Under the pieces are notes generated by a model that ran no database searches, was not told the DNA's origin, and was given only the letters and a program-made list of their open reading frames with translations. Below, in pieces: positions 10,115-21,987 of a stretch of 64,000 nt of DNA; within the stretch, counting starts at the first letter, position 1, and every line of letters begins with the position of its first letter. The stretch comes from Limnochordia bacterium (lineage in GTDB: Bacteria > Bacillota > Limnochordia > DTU080): assembly GCA_050951545.1 (NCBI GenBank), contig JBMNJG010000002.1, positions 96,001 to 160,000 of the forward strand, read 5' to 3'. The position numbers and the translations under genes were made by a program.

Positions 10115-11572
10115 ATGGCCATCCTCTTGGCTGGCCAATTCTCTATGGTTACTCGCAATGCCGTTGACATATGGTCTCAAGTGCGTGATCGAGTCCGTGA
10201 TGAACTGGACAACCCGAATTACGACTATCTTCTCGAAGGCACACGACCAATCGAGGCCGCTGAGGATTCCCTCACTGTCGGCGTTCCCTCTCAGTTTGCA
10301 CGGGATTGGCTAGACGCTCGTCTCCTGCCCGAACTGGAGCAGTTTCTCCATGCGGTCACAGGCAGGACGTTGCGGCTTACACTTGCAGTTGCTGGCGGTA
10401 GTGCTGAGAACAAGCCCAGCAATGGCTCCGCCAAGGAGGGCCGTTCGCAACAAGCGAAAGAACGAGAGATACCGGGGCAGCAAAGGCTTTCATTTCACTC
10501 TCAGGCATCAGAGGTGGGCAAAGGCAGCCGAACGACCACCCTTGCCGGGGGCCTCCTGCATCCACGCTACACCTTTGACAGTTTTGTGGTGGGAGCCAGC
10601 AATCGTTTCGCACACGCCGGAGCACGTGCCGTGGCCGAGGAGCCCGGTGCTGGCTACAATCCCCTTTTCCTCTACGGCGGCGTAGGCCTAGGTAAGACAC
10701 ACTTGATGCATGCCATCGCCCACTACGCAGCCGAACGCCATCCCAAGCTGCACGTGGTATACGTGACGTCTGAGCGCTTTACCAACGAACTCATTAACTC
10801 CATCATGACAAAATCAACGGCGCAGTTTCGTAGTCTGTATCGTCAAGCTGACATACTGCTCATCGACGATATTCAGTTTGTGGCTGGCAAGGAGCAGACA
10901 CAAGAGGAGATCTTCCATACCTTTAACGCTCTCTATGAGGCTGGAAGACAACTCGTGATCTCAAGCGACCGCCCTCCAAGAGAAATTCCTACGCTTGAAG
11001 ATCGCCTGCGCTCACGCTTCGAATGGGGACTCACTGCAGACATTCAAGCTCCCGATCTGGAGACTCGTATTGCCATTCTACGCCAAAAGGCGCTCACAGA
11101 AGAGTACTCACCCCCAAGTGAGGTACTCACCTACATTGCCAAGCACATACGGTCGAACATTAGAGAACTCGAGGGTGCCCTGATCCGCGTCATGGCCTTT
11201 TCGGCACTCCACGATAATTCGCTGACTGTTGATTTGGCCCAAGAGGCACTCAAAGACGTTGTCACCGCTACCCCACCGCAGATGATCACCATCCCTCTGA
11301 TCCAGGAGACCGTGGCTGATCACTTCAACCTCAAAATAACCGATATGCGTTCGAAAAAGCGCAGTCGTCATGTCGCCTTTCCTCGACAGATTGCTATGTA
11401 TCTGTCTCGAGAACTCACCGATTCCTCACTGCCACGCATAGGTGAGGAGTTCGGTGGTCGCGATCACACCACAGTGATGCATGCTTGCGACAAGATAAAG
11501 AGCGAAAGTGCCACCGATGCGAATCTCGCCGCTACCTTGCAAGAGCTACGTGTGCGACTAGAGGCAGAGTAG
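10115..11572 (+). CDS. dnaA: Chromosomal replication initiator DnaA
   Basis: YTFDSFVVGASN, YNPLFLYGGVGLGKTHL, LLIDDIQF, RELEGAL, GGRDHTTVMHA. Exact start uncertain (10115, 10127 or 10145). Confidence 0.99.
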   Translation: MAILLAGQFSMVTRNAVDIWSQVRDRVRDELDNPNYDYLLEGTRPIEAAEDSLTVGVPSQFARDWLDARLLPELEQFLHAVTGRTLRLTLAVAGGSAENKPSNGSAKEGRSQQAKEREIPGQQRLSFHSQASEVGKGSRTTTLAGGLLHPRYTFDSFVVGASNRFAHAGARAVAEEPGAGYNPLFLYGGVGLGKTHLMHAIAHYAAERHPKLHVVYVTSERFTNELINSIMTKSTAQFRSLYRQADILLIDDIQFVAGKEQTQEEIFHTFNALYEAGRQLVISSDRPPREIPTLEDRLRSRFEWGLTADIQAPDLETRIAILRQKALTEEYSPPSEVLTYIAKHIRSNIRELEGALIRVMAFSALHDNSLTVDLAQEALKDVVTATPPQMITIPLIQETVADHFNLKITDMRSKKRSRHVAFPRQIAMYLSRELTDSSLPRIGEEFGGRDHTTVMHACDKIKSESATDANLAATLQELRVRLEAE

Positions 11573-11576
11573 ACCC

Positions 11577-11830
11577 TGTGGATAACTATGCCCTGAAATG
11601 GGGATAGTCCTGTTTTTATGCTGTGATATGCCTGTTGATTAGTTGTGGATAACCTAAACTTTAAAGCGCCATCCGCAGGATCCTGGGGATGATGAGGATA
11701 AGAAAAACAAGACACCCACACCTAGTCTACAGGTGCAAAACAGCCAAGAGGGCTCGTTTGGAGCGGATATCCACACGGCCCACAGCCTTTACTACTACTA
11801 CGGCTAATGTCTATCTATAAAAAGAGATTG
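11577..11830. other. oriC, downstream part with unwinding site (DnaA boxes + DnaA-trios + AT-rich tract)
   Basis: TGTGGATAA at 11577-11585 and 11644-11652; ATATCCACA at 11767-11775, then a GC-rich spacer, TACTACTACTAC (11790-11801) and TATCTATAAAAAAG. Confidence 0.88.
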
Positions 11831-11910
11831 ATCTTACTAGGAGCAGTAGATCAAGCAAACAACGACCCCGGAGAGGGGTAGAATGGATAAGCGAGGAGGT
11901 TTTCAACAAC

Positions 11911-13080
11911 ATGCAGTTCGCATGCCAGCACCAGGCACTCATGAGAGCGATAGGCACTGTAGAGCGCGCGGTTTCGACGCGCGACGTAATGCCTGTGCTA
12001 AAAGGTATTCTGCTGGAGGCTGAAGACGATCACGTGCGTTTGGTGGCAACGGACCTCGAACTAGGAGTGGAATGTCTCATTCCGGCGCAAGTGACCACTA
12101 CTGGCGTAATGGTTCTTGATGGCAAAGTATTCACCCAAATCGTACGGAAGCTTGATTGTGAGCAGGTGTCCTTTTCCACAGGCGAAGCATCTATGGTATC
12201 CTTAGAGGGCGGCTTAGCTCGTTTTAACTTGCATACCCTACCTCACGAGGAGTTTCCAAGTTTCCCCAGTGTTGGAGAAGAAGCGTTCTGGCGCATGCCG
12301 CAAAGAGACCTAAAGCGGATGATTCGTGAGACGATCTTTGCAGCCGCTAGCGACGAATCTAGGCCAGCCCTGACGGGTGCTATGCTTGAGATCAGTGGCG
12401 ATGAGGTCAGAATGATTTCTACCGACGTCAGTCGTCTTGCCTATCGGTCGTGCCAAGTGCTTGCGTCTGGAGAAAATACCCAGGCTGTCGCTTTGCCTGA
12501 AGGGGAACAACCAGTCGACCAAGCGATTTCGACGAAGACACAGAGCGCTATCGTACCAGCCCGAGCTATGCAAGAGATCATGCGCATGTTAGGCACTGAC
12601 GAAAAAAGCGAAGTTGAGTTTACCATTGCTGATAACCAAGCAGTGTTTCGTGTCCCGGGCGTGACCGTTGTCTCACGAATCATCGAGGGAGAGTTCCCAG
12701 ACTATCGCAGGGCTTTTCCAGGTGAGCAACCTACGCGATTGCGGTTACCACGAGCGGCTTTTTTGGCAGCAGTTGAACGTGCAGCGCTCATTGCTCGTCA
12801 CAGCATGCCACCAATCGTTACCCTGACCGCCTCAGAGGAGTATCTGGCCATCAGCTCAAGAGAGCCCGATGTGGGCCAGGTCTACGAAGAGCTACCAGCC
12901 AAGCTGGAGGGCGTGCCTGCAGAGGCGTCCTATCAAGCCTACTTCTTGACTGAGGTCTTACGCGCTCTCAGTGGAGATGATGTGTTGATGGAGCTGGGCG
13001 AAGGGCTAAAACAGGGCAGTATCCGAAGTGTCGATGACAAAGACTTCCTGTACATACTCATGCCCATACGTGTGGGGTGA
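11911..13080 (+). CDS. dnaN: DNA polymerase III beta sliding clamp
   Basis: ATDLELG, SDESRPALTG, SRIIEGEFPDY, C-terminal LMPIR; position after dnaA. Confidence 0.96.
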   Translation: MQFACQHQALMRAIGTVERAVSTRDVMPVLKGILLEAEDDHVRLVATDLELGVECLIPAQVTTTGVMVLDGKVFTQIVRKLDCEQVSFSTGEASMVSLEGGLARFNLHTLPHEEFPSFPSVGEEAFWRMPQRDLKRMIRETIFAAASDESRPALTGAMLEISGDEVRMISTDVSRLAYRSCQVLASGENTQAVALPEGEQPVDQAISTKTQSAIVPARAMQEIMRMLGTDEKSEVEFTIADNQAVFRVPGVTVVSRIIEGEFPDYRRAFPGEQPTRLRLPRAAFLAAVERAALIARHSMPPIVTLTASEEYLAISSREPDVGQVYEELPAKLEGVPAEASYQAYFLTEVLRALSGDDVLMELGEGLKQGSIRSVDDKDFLYILMPIRVG

Positions 13081-13310
13081 AGGTCATCAGAGATGTGAAA
13101 GTAGAGCAAGCTCCTCTTACCTTGGGTCAGTTTCTGAAGATGGCCACCGCTTGGTCCGGGGGAGAAGCGAAGATGATGATTCAAGAGGGAAACGTACAAG
13201 TCAATGGGGTTATAGAGAGGCGGCGGGGACGAAAGCTTGTGGAAGGTGATGTGGTGCACTTGGTCGGATACGAAACCTACCGCCTGGTTAAGGAGCATAG
13301 AGGTGAGTAG
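13077..13310 (+). CDS. yaaA: S4-domain RNA-binding protein YaaA
   Basis: LGQFLK...SGGEAK...VNGVIERRRGRKL. Confidence 0.92.
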   Translation: MKVIRDVKVEQAPLTLGQFLKMATAWSGGEAKMMIQEGNVQVNGVIERRRGRKLVEGDVVHLVGYETYRLVKEHRGE

Positions 13311-13313
13311 CCT

Positions 13314-14441
13314 TTGCGCGTAAAGCGCCTGCTTCTGAGCTCATACCGAAATTACGATCATCTCGACCTTGAGGTGACGGCGCAACTTTGCATTTTCGTC
13401 GGGGCCAATGCCCAAGGAAAGACGAATCTCTTGGAGGCGCTCTACTACCTAGCTACCACGCGTTCGTTTCGAGCCACCAGAGATGATGAGCTGATCAAAT
13501 GGGGTGCTGATGAAGCGGTTATGGCGTGCGAAGTGGAGCGAGAGGTGGGCCAGTCTGAGATACGAGTTCGCTTGGCCCGAGGCAAGGCCAAGCTGATTGC
13601 AGTGAACGGCCAGACACTGCGTCGGCAATTGGACTTGTTTGGACACCTGAATGTTGTCACCTTTTCGCCTGATGACCTGCAACTGGTCAAAGGTGGACCA
13701 TCAGAACGTCGGAGATTCCTGGACATGGAGCTGGCTCAGATCAGTCCCGCCTACCGGCACGACATGACGACCTATCAGCGGATCCTTCGGCAGCGCAACA
13801 ATCTGCTGAAAGAGATCGCTGAGTGGCGAGCTCAGCCTGACTTACTCGAGGCGTGGGATCTACAGCTAGCCGACACGGGTAGTCGAATCATGGCCAGAAG
13901 AGCTGCAGCCGTAACCCATCTGGCTAGTCTCGCGCATACGGTGCATCAGGAAATCACCCAAGGCAGTGAGCGGCTTACCATTCGGTACCGTCCGTTTTTT
14001 GGCCAAGCTGGTGAAGTGAGCAACTGGCAAAGCCTAGAGATGGTGCGTGAACGTTTTGCTGGCGAGATAAAGCGCCTGCGAGCCGTAGAGATGCGACGAG
14101 GCCAGACTCTCGTGGGACCCCAACGTGATGATTTGGAGTTTCTGATCAACGATAAGGACGTGCGCTCCTATGGTTCACAAGGTCAGCAACGCACCTGCGT
14201 GTTGGCCAGTAAGCTTGCAGAGATTGAGTTCATGCACGCGCAGACCGACACGTATCCGGTTCTACTTCTAGACGATGTGATGTCAGAGCTTGATCAGAGT
14301 AGGCGGCACTACTTCCTAGGTACCGTCAGCGGCCGTGTGCAAACGTTCATCACCACCACAGGTCTGCAGACTTTTCCAGAGGAGTTTCTTTCACAAGCAC
14401 AGGTGACTCGTATTGCAGCGGGGAGGCTCAATCCGCGCTAG
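13314..14441 (+). CDS. recF: DNA replication/repair protein RecF
   Basis: GANAQGKTNLLEA, GGPSERRRFLD, GSQGQQR, LLLDDVMSELD. Confidence 0.98.
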   Translation: MRVKRLLLSSYRNYDHLDLEVTAQLCIFVGANAQGKTNLLEALYYLATTRSFRATRDDELIKWGADEAVMACEVEREVGQSEIRVRLARGKAKLIAVNGQTLRRQLDLFGHLNVVTFSPDDLQLVKGGPSERRRFLDMELAQISPAYRHDMTTYQRILRQRNNLLKEIAEWRAQPDLLEAWDLQLADTGSRIMARRAAAVTHLASLAHTVHQEITQGSERLTIRYRPFFGQAGEVSNWQSLEMVRERFAGEIKRLRAVEMRRGQTLVGPQRDDLEFLINDKDVRSYGSQGQQRTCVLASKLAEIEFMHAQTDTYPVLLLDDVMSELDQSRRHYFLGTVSGRVQTFITTTGLQTFPEEFLSQAQVTRIAAGRLNPR

Positions 14442-14482
14442 GCGCATGTCCGCTTTCAAGTGATGTGCAAAGGGGTAGGCTC

Positions 14483-14743
14483 GTGTTTGTTCACATAGGC
14501 GGCGAAGTAGTTGTTGCTCTGCGGGATCTGGTGGCCATCATCGACGTGGCTAGTATGGAGAAGAGTCCCCTCAATGCGCAGTCCATTCAGTTGTGGAGTG
14601 AGCGAGGATCCTTGCAGAGAGTCATGGACGGTCAAGTGAATTCGTGGGTGATTACGACGAACAAGGTCTACGCATCTCCGATTTCAGCAACCACATTACG
14701 CAAGCGCGCCGATGATTTCGTCAAGACTCTCACTAGTCTGTAG
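14483..14743 (+). CDS. remB: RemB/YaaB (DUF370) family protein
   Basis: MFVHIGGEVVV...VYASPISATTLRKR; canonical position between recF and gyrB. Confidence 0.88.
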   Translation: MFVHIGGEVVVALRDLVAIIDVASMEKSPLNAQSIQLWSERGSLQRVMDGQVNSWVITTNKVYASPISATTLRKRADDFVKTLTSL

Positions 14744-14989
14744 GGTACATGCGATTTGGGCGGGGGAAGCGGATGATCGGCGTCACGACGGGGGTTCCAG
14801 TCTGGTAGACGGAATCGGCTAAAGAGGGTATACTGAGTTGATGGACCTCATGCGGCATGCATAGGTAGCAATCCCGTTTGCTGCAGTTTTACCAGCCAGT
14901 GCCGTGCCGTTTCTCATGTTTGGCGAATGGGCTGAACGCAGCCATTCATGGTAATGCTATGCAAAAGGACTGCCAATGCAGTACCGTAG

Positions 14990-16948
<1,959 letters not shown>

Positions 16949-16992
16949 CGACCGCCAATATCGCAAAAAACGCTGACGGGCGGGTGCAGTAG

Positions 16993-18342
16993 TTGTCGGG
17001 AGAGTGTGCGCAAACCCCAGCTTTTGTCCGCCTCGGGCGCTTCTACGTACCCTTGGCATGCACAGCGATGATGATAGCTACCAGCCACTGGATCATCAGT
17101 ATCGGGCTGGCTCATACGACACAACCCGATGTGGCTCTTGCCAGCTATGCAGTAGGCATGTCTACTCTGGCTCTGTTTGAGACGGCCGCGTCTATGCTTC
17201 GAGTTACGGCCGTGACTCTGGTGCGTGTCAAGGAAGACGTAAGAGTGGTACTTCGAGCTGGTTTTGCTGCGGTAGTGGCTTTCGTAGCGATTGCTGGCGT
17301 TTTTTGCCAGACTCCCGCTCTGCCCTGGGTCTTTCGGCACGTATTGGGCGTGGCACCTGAACTCATACCCTTGGCTGTGACTGTGTTTCGGATCATGCTC
17401 ATTCTGCCAATGGGTTCGGGATTACGTTCGTTTTTCCAGGGACTGATCGTGCGGCAACAGCGGACTGGTTTCGTGATGTTCGCGACGATAGTTCGCCTTG
17501 GCGTCATGACGGCTACCATAGTGACGCTCGTTAAGCTCAGACCCCACTGGGGTGGAGCTATCGGGGCGGTCACCTTCTTGTTGGGTGTGTGGACCGAGGC
17601 CACCTTGTCTTTCTTGGTGTTTCGGCAAGGAAGACACGAAATGGCAAGTCGTGCCACACCGAGTCTGGTAACGAATCGCACAGTGCTGAGTTTTCTGCTC
17701 CCACTTATGGTGTCGGGTATGGTGTCTAACTCTGGGCGCATGTTTCTGAACGCGGGGCTTGCCGGCGAAGGAGTACCAGCGGAGGTACTGGCCGCCTTTG
17801 CTATAGCTTGGAGCGTAGTGTGGGTTATCGCTTCCGCCGTAAGTGGAGTCCATCAGATGCTTCTGGTGTTTGCAGATGATAGGAATCCTGAGATGTTGTC
17901 CGCTATACGCCGCTTCTTCGTCGTGCTTGCTGTGGTGTGTGTGGCGTTGATCGCGGTACTCTCGTTCACGCCCTTGACGAAGCTGGTGTTGCAGAAGGTC
18001 ATGGGCACTCCGGAGGAGCTCATGGCAGGTACTACTCGGGCCATGCGTTGGCTGGTGTTGCTGCCCCTGGCTTTGGCTTGGGAAGAGTGGTTGTTGGGCC
18101 GAATATACCAGCGGCGTCGGACGGACGTCGTCCTTTGGGGTAAGCTAATGAAGGTTGCAGTTATGGGCTTGACAGCAGGACCGGGTTACCGGGTGCTAGC
18201 TTCGCTCGGGTCTGCAGTAGGATCTGTGGCCATGGTGCTTGGACATATTGCCGAGGGAATTGTGTTGGCTGTAGTGTGCCAAAGGCATCGCCAGCAAGCA
18301 CGGACTAGTGCTCTTTATTTGAGAGCAGACCAAGGCCACTGA
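16993..18342 (+). CDS. MATE/ANKH-like multi-pass membrane transporter (about 12 TM, two-fold internal repeat)
   Basis: Hydrophobic pattern. The two halves begin FYVPLA.../FLLPLM... and are each followed by 'LAxxxxP..LA(S/A)(Y/F)A(V/I)', as in MOP-superfamily proteins. Confidence 0.65.
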   Translation: MSGECAQTPAFVRLGRFYVPLACTAMMIATSHWIISIGLAHTTQPDVALASYAVGMSTLALFETAASMLRVTAVTLVRVKEDVRVVLRAGFAAVVAFVAIAGVFCQTPALPWVFRHVLGVAPELIPLAVTVFRIMLILPMGSGLRSFFQGLIVRQQRTGFVMFATIVRLGVMTATIVTLVKLRPHWGGAIGAVTFLLGVWTEATLSFLVFRQGRHEMASRATPSLVTNRTVLSFLLPLMVSGMVSNSGRMFLNAGLAGEGVPAEVLAAFAIAWSVVWVIASAVSGVHQMLLVFADDRNPEMLSAIRRFFVVLAVVCVALIAVLSFTPLTKLVLQKVMGTPEELMAGTTRAMRWLVLLPLALAWEEWLLGRIYQRRRTDVVLWGKLMKVAVMGLTAGPGYRVLASLGSAVGSVAMVLGHIAEGIVLAVVCQRHRQQARTSALYLRADQGH

Positions 18343-18358
18343 GAAGGGTATGTTGGCG

Positions 18359-19348
18359 CTATCGAGATGCCTTCGAGGTAGCGACCGAGTGTGATCGCGT
18401 GGCAGTGTTCGCCTCCGGCCCACTGCTCTCTAAGATGAAGTCTATGGGCATGTTTGAGCCTGATTGGGGCATTGTTGCTAAGTCAAAGACCATCTCACTG
18501 CGCGCGGGAACAGTCTTTTGGGCCAGGAGCCGTTTTTCGTAGGTGGCCGAGGTGGGCATGGGTAGCAGGGTTTCGTCTACCCGCACGAACGCTCGCGATA
18601 CACCGCCTGCTTGCCGAGTGTAGATGCTCAAGCACTGCGGTTGTTCGGTAGGATTGGCAGCAATGATGCGGTAGTGGTGTATGACGCCATAGTTTCCGCG
18701 CAAGACGTGGCTAGTGTTGTTGAGGTAGTTGGCTCGACCCACGGAGAGGACTAGTGGGTCACGCGGCAGGCTATAGGGGACCTCCTCAAAAAGATCAGTG
18801 AGAGGAAAGGCAGCGCTAGATAACGGTTCTGCTGGACAGGGCATTGCCCCTGTGGTTGGAAGAGCAAGCACGCGCACTAAGGCAGGTTCAGGAAGGTTGA
18901 GCACCGCTAAGCCACTGGTGGTGACACCATGAGGCCACGTTACGCTTAGCAGCGTTTCGTCTGCCAAGGCGCCAACGGCGGGTGAGGGTAGCAGCGGTCG
19001 GTCTTCGAGCCAGAATTGCTGGGTCGCGTAATGACCCGCCTGTGTGGGGTCGATATGTTGCGCAGTATAGATACGGGACATGAAAGCTGAAGCGTGCTCT
19101 GCCAGATTGATGACATGCACTTCCAGCACCATGGGCTGTTGGCTTGCGTTAAGATGATGAAAAAGCAAGCGGCAGGAGCCTTGGGCCACGTTCTGGTACA
19201 ATACAGCTGGCCCGGAAACGCGTTCTGGCGAGTTGCTGTAAAGCATGAGGGCGTGGCCACCCTGTTGGGCTGACACGGGGAGTGCCATGAGAGATAGGAA
19301 GAAGAGCAAAGTGAGTGTTTGAAGCCTCCAGCGGACGCAATGGGGCAT
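18359..19348 (-). CDS. Secreted hypothetical protein (SNSPE...RLLFHHLN...GNYGV motifs)
   Basis: Signal peptide ending VSA; GGAGG RBS before ATG 19348. The motifs recall the uncharacterised domain found after copper-amine-oxidase N-terminal/stalk domains in Bacillota. Confidence 0.65.
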   Translation of the reverse strand: MPHCVRWRLQTLTLLFFLSLMALPVSAQQGGHALMLYSNSPERVSGPAVLYQNVAQGSCRLLFHHLNASQQPMVLEVHVINLAEHASAFMSRIYTAQHIDPTQAGHYATQQFWLEDRPLLPSPAVGALADETLLSVTWPHGVTTSGLAVLNLPEPALVRVLALPTTGAMPCPAEPLSSAAFPLTDLFEEVPYSLPRDPLVLSVGRANYLNNTSHVLRGNYGVIHHYRIIAANPTEQPQCLSIYTRQAGGVSRAFVRVDETLLPMPTSATYEKRLLAQKTVPARSEMVFDLATMPQSGSNMPIDFILESSGPEANTATRSHSVATSKASR

Positions 19349-19461
19349 GCAATGATCCTCCTGCAGCATAGGTGAGGGTTTACCCGTGATTATTCGATTC
19401 GCCCTAAGCAAATCCCCCTCGCTGCAGATCTTTATGGGGATACTCGCTGGGCAATGTCAGT

Positions 19462-21918
19462 ATGGAGCGTGATGACATGGCAGTTGAATTCCCGGTCGGC
19501 AGGGTTCTACCTGTGGTCTTGGAAGAGGAGATGCGCCAGTCCTATTTGGATTACGCCATGAACGTGATCGTTGATCGCGCTCTTCCGGATGTTCGCGACG
19601 GACTCAAGCCTGTTCAACGGCGCATCTTGTATTCTATGTATGAGCTAGGTCTGCGTCCCGACCGTCCCCACAAGAAAGCGGCTCGTGTCGTCGGCGAAGT
19701 GATCGGTAAGTACCATCCCCATAGCGACACTGCGATCTACGATGCCATGGTGCGCATGGGTCAAGACTTTTCGTACCGCTACTTGCTGGTGGATGGCCAT
19801 GGAAACTATGGTAGCATCGACGGTGACCCGCCGGCTGCTATGCGTTACACTGAGTGTCGGATGTCCAAGCTAGCTTTGGAGATGCTCAGAGACATTGATA
19901 AGGATACGGTTGACTTCTACCCAAACTTCGATGAGACTCTCGAGCAACCCACTGTACTACCGAGCCGTTTTCCAAACCTCTTGGTTAACGGAGCAATGGG
20001 CATTGCCGTTGGCATGTCAACCAATATACCACCGCATAACCTCGGAGAGGTCATCGATGCTCTGATATTGCTTATCGATCAACCCGATGTGGGTATTGAG
20101 GATCTCATGAAGAAGATCAAGGGCCCGGATTTTCCCACAGGTGGGGTCATCGTCGGGCACGATGGTATTCGCGAGGCCTACACTACGGGACGAGGCCGCA
20201 TTCAGATGCGAGGACGCATCAACATCGAAACTGAGCGCAGTGGTAAACAGCGCTTGGTGATCACAGAGATCCCCTACATGGTCAACAAGTCTGTGCTGGT
20301 TGAGAAGATCGCGACCTTACACCGTGACAAGAAGGTCGAGGGCATCTCGGCCTTGCGCGACGAGTCGGATCGCCAGGGCATGCGCGTCGTCATCGAGTTA
20401 CGGCGCGACGCAAACCCTCACGTGGCAATAAACCAACTGTACAAGCATTCACCTTTGCAGGAGACCTTTGGAGTTATCTCATTAGCTCTTGTGGACAACG
20501 AACCCAAGGTGCTCAATCTGCGGCAGCTACTGGTCGAGTACTTGTCACATCAGAGGGATGTCGTGACGCGGCGTACCCGTTTTGAACTGCGAAAAGCCGA
20601 AGAACGGGCGCACATTCTTGAGGGATACCGCATAGCGCTAGATCATATCGATGAGATCATCGCCATCATTCGGGCCGCCAGTAACGATCAGCAGGCGAAG
20701 TCGCGGCTAATGCAGCGCTTTGGTTTCAGTGAGCGGCAAGTGGTCGCCATTTTGGATATGCAGCTACGTCGGCTGACCGGGTTAGAGCGCGAGAAGATCG
20801 AGCAGGAGTACAGTGAGTTGCTAAAGACGATCGCCCGTCTGCGGGCGATACTGGCTGATGAAAGCCAGTTGATGGGCGTCATTCGTGGGGAGCTTCTCGA
20901 GGTACGCCTGGCCTATGCTGACGAACGTCGCACGGAGATCGTGGCTGGCAGCGACGACATTGATATTGAGGACCTCATTGCTGAGGAAGATGTGGTGATC
21001 ACTCTAACTCATGCTGGCTATATCAAGCGTCAACCCCTGAGTTCATGGCGGAATCAGAAGCGGGGTGGGCGAGGGCTAATAGCGCTTAACACCAGGGAAG
21101 ATGACTTTGTGGAGCATCTGTTCGTGTCGTCGACCCATACGAACGTGCTCTTTTTCACCAATCGCGGCCAAGTGCACAGACTGCGCGGGCATGAGATTCC
21201 CGAATCAGGCCGCGGCGCCCGGGGTTCCGCTATCATAAACCTGATCGAGATCGATAGGGGCGAGAAGATACAGGCTACGGTACTGGTAGACGCATACGAT
21301 GACGACCGTTACCTGTTCATGGCTACTCGCCAAGGTATAGTCAAGAAAACAGTCCTTTCTGAGTACGATAGTACCTTCAAGGGCCTGATCGCCGTTAACC
21401 TTGCTGATGATGATGAACTTGTGGGTGTGGCGCTCACTGACGGCAACTGTGAGGTCATTCTGGTTACGCTGAAGGGCCAGGCCATTCGCTTCAGTGAGAA
21501 CGATGTGCGGCCGACGGGTCGGGCGACTCGTGGTGTGAAGGGTATTACGCTTGAAGAGGGCGACCACGTGGTGGGCTTTGACGTCGTCGTTCCCGATAGG
21601 GATCTGTTAGTAGCGACGACAATGGGCTACGGCAAGCGAACACCGCTCAGCGAGTATCGGGCCATCAATCGTGGTGGCAAGGGAGTACGCACCCTTCAAG
21701 TCACCCCCAAGAACGGAGGGATTGCTGGGGTAAGTGTGGTAGATGCTGCGGATGAGATCATGTTCATCACTATCGAGGGGATCATGATCCGCATGAACGT
21801 CTCTGGCATTTCTCAGACGGGGCGCTCCACGCAGGGAGTACGCCTGATGAAGCTCGAAGAGAACGATAGCTTGGTGGCCTTAGCCCACGTGATTGGGCAT
21901 GACGAGGAAGACGACTAA
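19462..21918 (+). CDS. gyrA: DNA gyrase subunit A
   Basis: [23 protein letters not shown] (catalytic Tyr), GyrA-box QKRGGRG, beta-pinwheel repeats. Alternative start 19477. Confidence 0.98.
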   Translation: MERDDMAVEFPVGRVLPVVLEEEMRQSYLDYAMNVIVDRALPDVRDGLKPVQRRILYSMYELGLRPDRPHKKAARVVGEVIGKYHPHSDTAIYDAMVRMGQDFSYRYLLVDGHGNYGSIDGDPPAAMRYTECRMSKLALEMLRDIDKDTVDFYPNFDETLEQPTVLPSRFPNLLVNGAMGIAVGMSTNIPPHNLGEVIDALILLIDQPDVGIEDLMKKIKGPDFPTGGVIVGHDGIREAYTTGRGRIQMRGRINIETERSGKQRLVITEIPYMVNKSVLVEKIATLHRDKKVEGISALRDESDRQGMRVVIELRRDANPHVAINQLYKHSPLQETFGVISLALVDNEPKVLNLRQLLVEYLSHQRDVVTRRTRFELRKAEERAHILEGYRIALDHIDEIIAIIRAASNDQQAKSRLMQRFGFSERQVVAILDMQLRRLTGLEREKIEQEYSELLKTIARLRAILADESQLMGVIRGELLEVRLAYADERRTEIVAGSDDIDIEDLIAEEDVVITLTHAGYIKRQPLSSWRNQKRGGRGLIALNTREDDFVEHLFVSSTHTNVLFFTNRGQVHRLRGHEIPESGRGARGSAIINLIEIDRGEKIQATVLVDAYDDDRYLFMATRQGIVKKTVLSEYDSTFKGLIAVNLADDDELVGVALTDGNCEVILVTLKGQAIRFSENDVRPTGRATRGVKGITLEEGDHVVGFDVVVPDRDLLVATTMGYGKRTPLSEYRAINRGGKGVRTLQVTPKNGGIAGVSVVDAADEIMFITIEGIMIRMNVSGISQTGRSTQGVRLMKLEENDSLVALAHVIGHDEEDD

Positions 21919-21940
21919 GCAGAGTTTCTTGTGAGAAGCG

Positions 21941-21970
21941 AGAGGCGCTCCATAGGGGGCGCCTCTTTGT
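21941..21970. terminator. Terminator after gyrA (between convergent genes)
   Basis: AGAGGCGCTCC-ATAG-GGGGCGCCTCT followed by TTGT. Confidence 0.7.
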
Positions 21971-21987
21971 GCTAGGCTAGGGCCCTT

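Noticed and set aside
1-12000. parS sites and a noc gene
   Set aside because: No TGTTNCACGTGAAACA-like palindrome was found by eye (a scan could still find one). rsmG is followed directly by parA, so there is no noc here.
12460-12540. Insertion in DnaN as a possible intein or mobile insert
   Set aside because: Only about 20 aa of low-complexity loop, with no intein motifs.
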